Assembly (NCBI GenBank): GCA_050946755.1
Contig: JBMNVK010000001.1
Coordinates: 1 to 49,182 of the forward strand
Direction of reading: 5' to 3'
From: Aminivibrio sp.
Lineage (GTDB): Bacteria; Synergistota; Synergistia; Synergistales; Aminobacteriaceae
DNA: 49,182 nt
The notes beneath the pieces are model-generated. The model saw only the letters and a list, made by a program, of their open reading frames with translations, searched no databases and was not told where the DNA came from. Shown here in pieces: positions 27,722-34,641 of this stretch (its first letter is position 1; the number at the start of each line of letters is the position of its first letter). Both the position numbers and the translations under genes were made by a program.

Positions 27722-28195
27722 ATGACAACAAAAACCAAGAAACTCAAGGAGGGCGCCTTCTCCCCAAAGCAAGAAAAGGTTCTGGCGCTGCTTGTGGCGG
27801 GCAGTAGCCAGGTGGAGGCAGCACGGCTGAGCGGAACCGAACCGGCGACGGTTTCAAGGTGGATGCGAAACCTCGCCTTTAAGGGTGAGCTGCAGCGGCG
27901 GCGCGCCGAGGTGGTCGAGCTGATACGGTCCGACGTGGCGCAGGCTATACTGTGCGCACTTGAAGCGGTCCGGTCAGGGCTGGGCGATGAGGAAATTAGC
28001 GGAGCCGTGAGGCTTCAAACGGCATGCTCATTCCTGGGCAGGATGCTGCCGGGGCTTCTGCCCAAGGAGGAGGACTTCGAGGACATCTTGAAGCGCGAGA
28101 TTCGCGAGCGGGAGATGAGATCCGCTTTCCAACTGACGACCGCCGAGGGAATAATGAGCGAGGCAGAGCAGGAACTGAAGGAAAATGCCGAGTGA
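27722..28195 (+). CDS. HTH protein resembling the N-terminus of terminase small subunits
   Basis: FSPKQEKVLALLVAGSSQVEAARLSGTEPATVSRWMRNLAF...ELQRRR HTH, followed by amphipathic helices (AVRLQTACSFL). Confidence 0.65.
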   Translation: MTTKTKKLKEGAFSPKQEKVLALLVAGSSQVEAARLSGTEPATVSRWMRNLAFKGELQRRRAEVVELIRSDVAQAILCALEAVRSGLGDEEISGAVRLQTACSFLGRMLPGLLPKEEDFEDILKREIREREMRSAFQLTTAEGIMSEAEQELKENAE

Positions 28196-28614
28196 GCTTA
28201 GAGAGTCTCCAGGGGGTCGAATAGCGCCCTCTGAGCGCGTCCTTTTCCTGGGAGGGGTAGGAGGTCCATTGAACGCAGGTAGACGCGTCCAGGGTACCAT
28301 TTTGGGCACCCTGGGGAGCTTGGCGGCATACTCCATCCGGCAGAGGGTGGCAGATAGAAAAGGTACTTCCCAGCCTCAAGAAATCAGGGGTCGGATAGCG
28401 CGCGCCGATCCCCCGCACGAAAAATGAAAAAATCAGGTTTATATTTACTTTCAGGTACCAGAAAAAAACTTTAAATACCCTATAGGTACCATATCCGCCG
28501 GCATGCGGGTAGCATGCTGTTAGCATATGTCAGGGGGTGGGGTGACTGACGCCGTGGGGGGAAGATCAGCTCCGGGAATTTAGAAAATCTTGCCAGGATA
28601 AAATAGACCGGTTC

Positions 28615-28902
28615 ATGTCGCCCCTTGCGGAGAGGAAATTCCGCGCGTGGATTGAAGCCGTAACCGCTCCGCAGCCTACGGGTGAAAGGGTCATGCAGTC
28701 CCGGGGGAGCTTGCACGCCGAGAGATTTGTGGACGCGGTTTTAGCCTTTGAGGCAGAGCGAGCCGCACGGGTCAACGAGCTTCAAAGACAAATTGACCGG
28801 GTGGATGTCGCCCTTGAGATGGCAGAGCATTTCAGGACAGGGGGCGAAGCCTTGCGGTGGATTTGGGGTGATGAACCTGTCCCGGGCGAGGAGATACCCT
28901 AG
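28615..28902 (+). CDS. Hypothetical helical/coiled-coil protein
   Basis: 95 aa ORF converging on the 28930-28961 hairpin. No clear RBS. Confidence 0.5.
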   Translation: MSPLAERKFRAWIEAVTAPQPTGERVMQSRGSLHAERFVDAVLAFEAERAARVNELQRQIDRVDVALEMAEHFRTGGEALRWIWGDEPVPGEEIP

Positions 28903-28929
28903 GGGTTGAATCTCCGCCGGGAAGGGATG

Positions 28930-28961
28930 AAAAAAGCCCCTCCGGCAATACGGAAGGGCTT
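28930..28961 (-). terminator. Intrinsic terminator for the leftward small-gene operon
   Basis: Minus strand reads AAGCCCTTCCG-TATTGC-CGGAGGGGCTT then TTTT, 15 nt after the 56-aa ORF stop. Confidence 0.75.
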
Positions 28962-28975
28962 CTCCCTGCGGGGGC

Positions 28976-29146
28976 TTATAGCCGTTCAGCCTCCTCCAGG
29001 AAGGACAGGAAGTATTCCCGTCCTCGGGGTGTAACATGAACGGCATACCTCTCCCCTATGATTATCATGTCCTCTTTGATGAGCTGCCGGACCTTCTCAA
29101 GGTGGAGCCGGGTTAAAGCCAGAGTAGCCGCCTTTTCGTCAACCAT
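28976..29146 (-). CDS. 56-aa protein with winged-helix-like tail (not in the ORF track)
   Basis: GAGGAGG RBS. MVDEKAATLALTRLHLEKVRQLIKEDMIIIGERYAVHVTPRGREYFLSFLEEAERL*. Starts 2 nt after the upstream stop and ends just before a terminator. Confidence 0.65.
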   Translation of the reverse strand: MVDEKAATLALTRLHLEKVRQLIKEDMIIIGERYAVHVTPRGREYFLSFLEEAERL

Positions 29147-29148
29147 GG

Positions 29149-29463
29149 TTAAGCCTCCTCGATGAGGTCAGAAAAATATTCCTCGATGTCCTCCGGGGCA
29201 AGATGCTCCTGTGCCCAATTCAAAGCCTCCTCACGGCTCAACGGGATTATTCCCTCTCCCCCGCAGGTACCGCCGCCGTAGGCGGGGCGTCCGTAATGGC
29301 TGAGCGGTCCGCCTTCCCCGGCAAGAAAGAAATTCCCCCTGGGCGTCAGATATAATCCTTCGGAATAGTAGCGGAAATCTCCCCGGTAGACGTTCCCTCC
29401 TCCTTCGCCGATCAGGGCAGCCGTCTCCGTGTTGTAGATCTTCCCCTTGATGACTCTTTTCAT
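29149..29463 (-). CDS. Small phage-type hypothetical protein with an acidic C-terminus
   Basis: AGGAGG RBS. MKRVIKGKIYNTETA...LYLTPRGNFFLAGEGG...IIPLSREEALNWAQEH. The pattern is familiar to me from phage early-region proteins; function unknown. Confidence 0.8.
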   Translation of the reverse strand: MKRVIKGKIYNTETAALIGEGGGNVYRGDFRYYSEGLYLTPRGNFFLAGEGGPLSHYGRPAYGGGTCGGEGIIPLSREEALNWAQEHLAPEDIEEYFSDLIEEA

Positions 29464-29616
29464 TTTCTGCTCCTCCTTTTGGTGTGTCCTTCGCCCTTAC
29501 GGGTCGATGAGCGCCCCACAGAGGGGCGTAGCCTAACGCAGAGCACCCTAACTTTCCCAATTGGTACGAACCTATGCCTTGGTGTTAAATAATCGCTCCT
29601 GGGGCGTCCTGTGGCG

Positions 29617-30561
29617 TCACAGCCTCCTCATACGTTTATTTTTGGGCGTCACCTCCTCTCCCAGGATGGAGCGAATGACTCCCGCCTTATTGTGTCCCCG
29701 CCGGGTATCCTCATTTGTCAAATTGACATAATGCCGGGTCATTTGCATGGTGGAATGACCAAGGAGGGCTTGAACCGTGAAGGCGTCCGCTCCTCTCCGA
29801 AGAAGGAGGAGGGCGGCGGCATGGCGCAAAGAGTAGCTGGTAATGTCCAGTCCACACTTCTTGCCGTATTCCTTGATGCGCCGGGAATATTCCCTGACCG
29901 AAAAGGGGCGTCCGTCATAGGTGCAGAAAATGGGAACGTCTCCCCATGATGAGGGGCGAATGATTAGCAGTTTGTTTATCGCCGACACGGTGGGGGGTGA
30001 TATGGGTAGCGTCCTGGATGTTCTGGTTTTTGATACGGGGGCGCGGATCGTTACTCCTTCCTTCTCGGGGCGGTAGTCCTCCTGCATGAGCTGCAGCAAT
30101 TCGCCGGGGCGTATCCCCGTGTCCACTTGAAGCATCATGGCGGCATAGTCCCTAAGACCGGCATACGTCCTTTGATCCGGTTGTTCGAGTAGCCGGGCAA
30201 CCTCTTTTTCTTCCAGTTGAACGATCCTTCCCTGGGGGCGCCTTTTTGTTAGTCCCGCCAGGGGGTGACGGCTCCCACGAAAAAAGCCTTCGGCAATGAG
30301 CCAGTCCCAAAAAACTTTCAGGTAGGCGAAGCGGAGATTATAGGATGACGGGTTTTCGTAGGTGGCAAGAAATTCCATCGTCCTCTCCCTGGGGCGATCC
30401 AATGCGCCAGGATGACGGCGAAAGAATAATGAGAGGATGGCTTCATAGTCTCTTTGTGTACGCTGGGATATCCCTGAAGCCTTCTTGAAGTTGAGGAAAA
30501 GGGGTAAGACGTCCTCCGGTTGCAGGTCACGGTATTCCTTACGAATCGGCACGATGGACAT
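29617..30561 (-). CDS. int: Tyrosine recombinase/integrase
   Basis: DTGIRPGELL (catalytic R), SKTRTSR (K), YSLRH, LLGHSTMQMTRHY (H, Y). AGGAGG RBS. Adjacent to attR. Confidence 0.95.
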   Translation of the reverse strand: MSIVPIRKEYRDLQPEDVLPLFLNFKKASGISQRTQRDYEAILSLFFRRHPGALDRPRERTMEFLATYENPSSYNLRFAYLKVFWDWLIAEGFFRGSRHPLAGLTKRRPQGRIVQLEEKEVARLLEQPDQRTYAGLRDYAAMMLQVDTGIRPGELLQLMQEDYRPEKEGVTIRAPVSKTRTSRTLPISPPTVSAINKLLIIRPSSWGDVPIFCTYDGRPFSVREYSRRIKEYGKKCGLDITSYSLRHAAALLLLRRGADAFTVQALLGHSTMQMTRHYVNLTNEDTRRGHNKAGVIRSILGEEVTPKNKRMRRL

Positions 30562-30653
30562 TAAACATCAACCTCCTGGGGGTTTACAATTCCCGAAAAG
30601 GCGATATTTTTTAAGGGCACCGGACTATTTTCCTTTTTGCTGTGAAGGGTTAA

Positions 30654-31903
30654 GGAATCTCTGATCATGTATCATTTTCCGTAGCAACAGCAGATCTTTG
30701 ACAATAAAATCCGATTTCCGCTCTCTCTTAATCTAAATTATTGGCTAAAATAGACTTTTAACCGCCTTTTACCCTTTTTTACCCTCCTTGAGGCGGTTTT
30801 CCCAGTCTTTTAGCTGCATATGGACACAATCCACCCCTATATAGGGTTCATACTGTACAAGAGACGATCCCTGACCATGTAGATGTTCGCAAGGGCAAAC
30901 TGAACGTTAAGATAGGCGGAGTTCTTTGCAAGACCTCTGTAACGAACCTTGTTAAATCCGAATATGCGCTTGACCACCAGAAATATGTGCTCCACCCTGC
31001 TGCGGGTTCGGGATAATTCACGGTTCCGCTCAATCTCCTCTTCCGTCAGCTTTCTGTTTCTGCAGCCTCGCTTCTGCGTCAGATCAACGGCACAAGGAGC
31101 TCTACCTTTTATCTCCTTCGTTTTACCCATGTAGGCGGAGTCGCCGTAGACTTCAGTCTCGTTCCCCCTTAACAGGTCTCCTATAACCCTGGAGTCGTGG
31201 ACGTTGGCCGGGGTTGTGACCAGGGTGTGGACCGTCTTTGTGTCCCTGTCCACTCCTACGTGGGCCTTCATACCGAAGTAGTACTGGTTGCCCTTTTTTG
31301 TTGAGCGCATTTCGGGATCACGCTTATTTTCTGCGTTCTTTGTGGAGGAGGGGGCGGATATGATAGTGGCGTCCACTATGGTTCCCTTTGACAGCCTTAC
31401 GCCCCGCTCTTCAAGGTGGATGTTGACCTCTTCGAAGATCTTCTCGGCAAGGCCGTTGGACTCCAGGAGGTGGCGAAATTTGCAGATGGTGGTCTCATCC
31501 GGAACGGGTTCTTTCCCGAGGTCTATACCGACGAAACGTCGCATGGATTCCACGTCGTAGAGAATCTCCTCGGCCGCAGGGTCGCTCAAGGCGAACCAGT
31601 GCTGAAGAAAGTGGATTCTCAGCATTCTTTCCACCCCAACCGGGGGCCGTCCCCTGCCTTTTTTTGGGTAGAATGGTTCAATGAGTTCGCAGAGCCTCTT
31701 CCATGGAACGATCTTTTCCATGGAGTCGAGGAACTTCTCCCTTCGGGTGGGCTTTCTGTATTTTTCGAAGGGTTTAAGGTCTGCAAGAGTTCTCTGTCTA
31801 TTCATCGGTCACAACCTTCTCTTTGGGATAAGAGTGGAAACAGCTATTATGACAATATTATATGCCGAGTGAGACGCTTTAAGGCGACTTAATCAGAGAT
31901 TCC
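30654..31903 (-). mobile_element. IS5-family insertion sequence, 1250 bp
   Basis: Terminal inverted repeats GGAATCTCTGATCATGT / GGAATCTCTGATTAAGT (15/17). TTAA target duplication at 30650-30653 and 31904-31907. Confidence 0.95.
30837..31805 (-). CDS. IS5-family DDE transposase
   Basis: TRREKFL, GRPP, LQHWFALSDP, PDETTICKFR, IVDATII, FGMKAHVGVD, GDSAY, RSRVEHIF, VRYRGLAKN. ORF appears intact. Confidence 0.96.
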   Translation of the reverse strand: MNRQRTLADLKPFEKYRKPTRREKFLDSMEKIVPWKRLCELIEPFYPKKGRGRPPVGVERMLRIHFLQHWFALSDPAAEEILYDVESMRRFVGIDLGKEPVPDETTICKFRHLLESNGLAEKIFEEVNIHLEERGVRLSKGTIVDATIISAPSSTKNAENKRDPEMRSTKKGNQYYFGMKAHVGVDRDTKTVHTLVTTPANVHDSRVIGDLLRGNETEVYGDSAYMGKTKEIKGRAPCAVDLTQKRGCRNRKLTEEEIERNRELSRTRSRVEHIFLVVKRIFGFNKVRYRGLAKNSAYLNVQFALANIYMVRDRLLYSMNPI

Positions 31904-31937
31904 TTAAGAAAAGAATCTTTTTGTAAGGTAGGGAGTT

Positions 31938-32037
31938 AGCCTTGACTCCCGCTGTTTTTTGTGTAAAATTAGCACTTGCGCACGCCGGAAAGAGTCGAGC
32001 CGTTAGCTCAGTCGGCAGAGCACCGGACTTTTAATCC
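31938..32037 (+). repeat. attR: 100-bp direct repeat reconstituting the promoter and intact tRNA-Lys
   Basis: Identical to 22171-22270. Confidence 0.95.
31942..31969 (+). promoter_or_regulatory. Sigma-70-type promoter of the tRNA Lys-Glu-Thr operon, right copy
   Basis: TTGACT-16 bp-TAAAAT. Confidence 0.78.
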
Positions 32038-32072
32038 GGGTGTCGTGGGTTCGACTCCCACACGGCTCACCA
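31997..32072 (+). tRNA. tRNA-Lys (anticodon UUU)
   Basis: 76 nt. Acceptor GAGCCGT/ACGGCTC, anticodon arm CCGGA-CTTTTAA-TCCGG, GTTCGA T-loop, CCA end. Confidence 0.98.
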
Positions 32073-32079
32073 GCTTTGC

Positions 32080-32155
32080 GGTCCCATCGTCTAGTGGCCT
32101 AGGACACAGCCCTTTCAAGGCTGCGACACGGGTTCAAATCCCGTTGGGACCGCCA
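32080..32155 (+). tRNA. tRNA-Glu (anticodon UUC)
   Basis: 76 nt. GGTCCCA/TGGGACC, CAGCC-CTTTCAA-GGCTG, GTTCAA, CCA end. Confidence 0.98.
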
Positions 32156-32170
32156 TTTTTTTGTATATTG

Positions 32171-32246
32171 GCCGGTGTAGCTCAGTTGGCAGAGCAGCGC
32201 ACTCGTAATGCGCAGGTCTGCGGTTCGAGTCCGCACACCGGCTCCA
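32171..32246 (+). tRNA. tRNA-Thr (anticodon CGU)
   Basis: 76 nt. GCCGGTG/CACCGGC, GCGCA-CTCGTAA-TGCGC, GTTCGA, CCA end. Confidence 0.98.
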
Positions 32247-32253
32247 GAGATTG

Positions 32254-32292
32254 CAAGGGTTACCGGGATCAGGCGGGAGCCCTTGTTTTTTT
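32254..32292 (+). terminator. Probable terminator of the tRNA operon
   Basis: CAAGGG...CCCTTG hairpin followed by T7. Confidence 0.6.
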
Positions 32293-32314
32293 ATGTATTT
32301 AAGGGGGCCGATCG

Positions 32315-32548
32315 ATGAAAATAAGCTCTAAATACTATAACACCGTATTATCGTGCCTTGCTGCGGTAATCATTTCCGTTCCCATAGCTTTCGTAATGGT
32401 GGTCATCAACCTCGGGTTTGTTGCCGGTTTCATGCCCGCTTTTTTAAAGTCCGCGGCGGCGGGGGTAGCCATCTCCGTACCTCTGGCAAATGTTGGAATT
32501 CCCCTGGCCCAGAAAATCACCGATGGTCTTGTAGAAAAGAAAAATTAG
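32315..32548 (+). CDS. Small two-TM membrane protein (DUF2798-like)
   Basis: Two hydrophobic helices around NLGFVAGFMPAFLKS. GGGGG RBS. Confidence 0.7.
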   Translation: MKISSKYYNTVLSCLAAVIISVPIAFVMVVINLGFVAGFMPAFLKSAAAGVAISVPLANVGIPLAQKITDGLVEKKN

Positions 32549-32622
32549 CTTGCCTTCCGCTGTCTCATGAGTCTGCAGGCATTTGGAAGACATGAAGACA
32601 GGACATGGAAAGGAGGAAACCT

Positions 32623-33273
32623 GTGTCAAAAAAAAGAATTCTGTTTATTCGGCATGGAAAAACTGAGTGGAATGAACAGTCCCGGTTTCAGGGCATGACC
32701 GATATCCCCCTCGACGACGACGGCCGAAAGCAGGCCAGGCTGGTATCCGCCAGGCTGAAGAGCTGGGAGCCCCATGCAATCTTTTCAAGTCCCCTCTCAA
32801 GGGCCAGGGAGACTGCTGCGGAAATTGCAGCAGCTCATGAAGCCCTTGCCCTTGTACTGCTTGACGGACTGGCAGAAATGGGTTTTGGCGAGTGGGAAGG
32901 CCGTACCATCCGGGATGTCCTTGCAAAAGAAGAGGATGTCTTCAGAGAGTGGCGGAGATCTCCCTTCGAGGCCCCTCCTCCCGGAGGAGAGGTCTACCAG
33001 TCCGTGGAGCTAAGAGTAAGGGCCGCCCTTGACCGCATCATGTCTGCGGAAGGAGAGAGAGTGGTGGCAGTAAGCCACGGAGGGATCATCCGGGCTGCAC
33101 TGGCGCTGCTTTTCGACATCTCTCCCGCCGCTACCTGGAGGATGAAGATAGGCAACTGTTCCGTAACCGCCATCGATATGGACAACAGGGGAATCTCCCT
33201 GGCCTTTCTTAATGATTGCATACATACAGAACTCCCCGAGGAAGAGGCCGGGGGACTTAACTTCCCCGTTTAG
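32623..33273 (+). CDS. Histidine phosphatase family protein (PGM/CobC-like)
   Basis: RHGKTEWN, SSPLSRARETA, EMGFGEWEG, VSHGG. GTG at 32623 after AGGAGG. Confidence 0.92.
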   Translation: MSKKRILFIRHGKTEWNEQSRFQGMTDIPLDDDGRKQARLVSARLKSWEPHAIFSSPLSRARETAAEIAAAHEALALVLLDGLAEMGFGEWEGRTIRDVLAKEEDVFREWRRSPFEAPPPGGEVYQSVELRVRAALDRIMSAEGERVVAVSHGGIIRAALALLFDISPAATWRMKIGNCSVTAIDMDNRGISLAFLNDCIHTELPEEEAGGLNFPV

Positions 33274-33333
33274 ACATCTCTCCCTCTTACTGATACAATT
33301 ATCCAAGCTGCTTACGGGGGGAGGCTCATAGGC

Positions 33334-33960
33334 TTGCCGATAAATGGAATGGAAGACGAATGCCGCTATTCGGAAAGAGATAAAAAAACTCTGTCCCCCG
33401 AGAGGGAAAAAGAGTTGTGGGCCAGCCTAGCCCATTCCGGTGATGAGGATGCCAGGGATGAACTTATCATCTCCTACAGACCCCTGGTATTTTGGCTTGC
33501 GGGAAAGCTCAGGGTTCACCCCTCTTCTTTTCAGGACCTTATCCAGGAGGGCATGGTCGCTCTGATAGAGGCAGTGGACAGATTTGAGCCCGAACGGCAG
33601 CTTCGGTTCACCACTTACGCCTACTACAGAATCCGGGGCCGGATGGTAAACTTTCTTCAGAGAAGTGAACTTAAGGCCCCTATTCCGGTGGACGACGAAT
33701 ATCTTATGCCTGAGGATCCCTTCAACGCCGATGCCTTTGAGACGGTAATAGCCCTCACGGAGGAGATCGACCGGCTTACGGCGAGGGAGGGTGAGATAAT
33801 AAGGGCCCTTCTTATGGAGGGGCAGAACGTCCGGGAAATTGCCAGGCAGAAAAATATGGACATCAGCCACGTGTACAGGCTAAGGCGAAATGCAGTGGCC
33901 AAGCTGAAAAAATGGCTGAACCCTGGACAAATGCCACAAAAGAGGCCCGATGGGGGATAA
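33334..33960 (+). CDS. Alternative sigma-70 family RNA polymerase sigma factor
   Basis: Region 2 DLIQEGMVALIEAVDRFEPERQLRFTTYAYYRIRG and region 4 VREIARQKNMDISHVYRL. No region 1.1. Start may be the ATG at 33349. Confidence 0.88.
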   Translation: MPINGMEDECRYSERDKKTLSPEREKELWASLAHSGDEDARDELIISYRPLVFWLAGKLRVHPSSFQDLIQEGMVALIEAVDRFEPERQLRFTTYAYYRIRGRMVNFLQRSELKAPIPVDDEYLMPEDPFNADAFETVIALTEEIDRLTAREGEIIRALLMEGQNVREIARQKNMDISHVYRLRRNAVAKLKKWLNPGQMPQKRPDGG

Positions 33961-34001
33961 AGGTAATACAGAACCGACATCTCTCTCCGGGGGTAGCAAA
34001 A

Positions 34002-34604
34002 ATGGAAAAAAGAATCGCCAGAATAGCCAGGTGGCTTGATCGATGTGCCAGGGCCTGCAGCGCAAGATCGTGGCAGAGCGCCCTGATGGACATGGAATGC
34101 GCCAAGGCGGAGCTGGAGGAGGCCCGGAAGGATCTCTGGACCAGAGCAGCGGGCAGCCCCAGGGGTTTGCCCGCGACAAAACGGATCAGCCGGGTACTGA
34201 TGGCCTCCGTGCTTGGCCTGTTTCTGATCATGTCGGTGGCAGGACCCTTGGCGGTAGCTCCTGCAGACCGTGCGGAAAGAGCTTCAGCTTCGGCGGATAG
34301 CCCCTCTCTTGAGTGGGTATCCACTGACGAAAGAGCTCTGCTGACAGCTCTGAGAAAGAGCCTCAGCGATTCAAATCTCGCAAGGCTCTCCGCCAGACCT
34401 GAAAGCACATCAGGGGTTAATGCCGTCGCAGCAGTCGCGGAGGCGGCAAAGCCAAACTTAGGACAGCTAACGGGAGAGTCTGGCAGAAAAGTTCAGGCCC
34501 CTTCCCCTGGGGGCAAAGAGTTTGATACAATAATAAATCTGGTACAGATAGGGCAGAGGGCGCTCCGGGAAAAGGAGGCCGCCATTAGTTTTTATGCCCC
34601 TTAG
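34002..34604 (+). CDS. Hypothetical single-TM protein
   Basis: ATG at 34002. Helical N-terminus with three Cys, central TM helix (VLMASVLGLFLIMSVAGPLAV). Confidence 0.7.
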   Translation: MEKRIARIARWLDRCARACSARSWQSALMDMECAKAELEEARKDLWTRAAGSPRGLPATKRISRVLMASVLGLFLIMSVAGPLAVAPADRAERASASADSPSLEWVSTDERALLTALRKSLSDSNLARLSARPESTSGVNAVAAVAEAAKPNLGQLTGESGRKVQAPSPGGKEFDTIINLVQIGQRALREKEAAISFYAP

Positions 34605-34641
34605 GGAGGACTTCCCCAATTTCCGGAAGGAGAGATTGTAG

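Larger units (their letters stand above)
22171..32037. mobile_element. Integrative, phage-satellite-like element inserted at tRNA-Lys(UUU)
   Basis: Exact 100-bp terminal direct repeat (22171-22270 = 31938-32037). Tyrosine integrase next to the right repeat. Phage-type replication module, HTH genes, mixed strands. Interrupts the argH-to-tRNA operon junction. Confidence 0.9.

Noticed and set aside
28185-28427. 80-aa ORF after the TerS-like gene
   Set aside because: Low-complexity, unstructured-looking translation over a hairpin/repeat-rich region. Treated as non-coding, though translation cannot be excluded.
30753-30761. GACTTTTAA matching the tRNA-Lys anticodon loop as an alternative att core
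   Set aside because: It lies inside the IS5 boundaries in AT-rich sequence and is not followed by tRNA 3' sequence; likely chance.
22171-32037. Complete prophage or conjugative ICE
   Set aside because: No recognisable capsid, portal, large terminase, tail, lysis, relaxase, coupling protein or T4SS genes in <10 kb.
31976-32302. 108-aa ORF in the ORF track
   Set aside because: It overlaps three perfect tRNA genes, so it is a spurious translation.
33317-33343. Sigma-28 promoter (GCCGATAA at 33336-33343)
   Set aside because: There is a perfect -10 but no TAAA -35 at the expected spacing (GGGG instead), and it overlaps the sigma gene start region.
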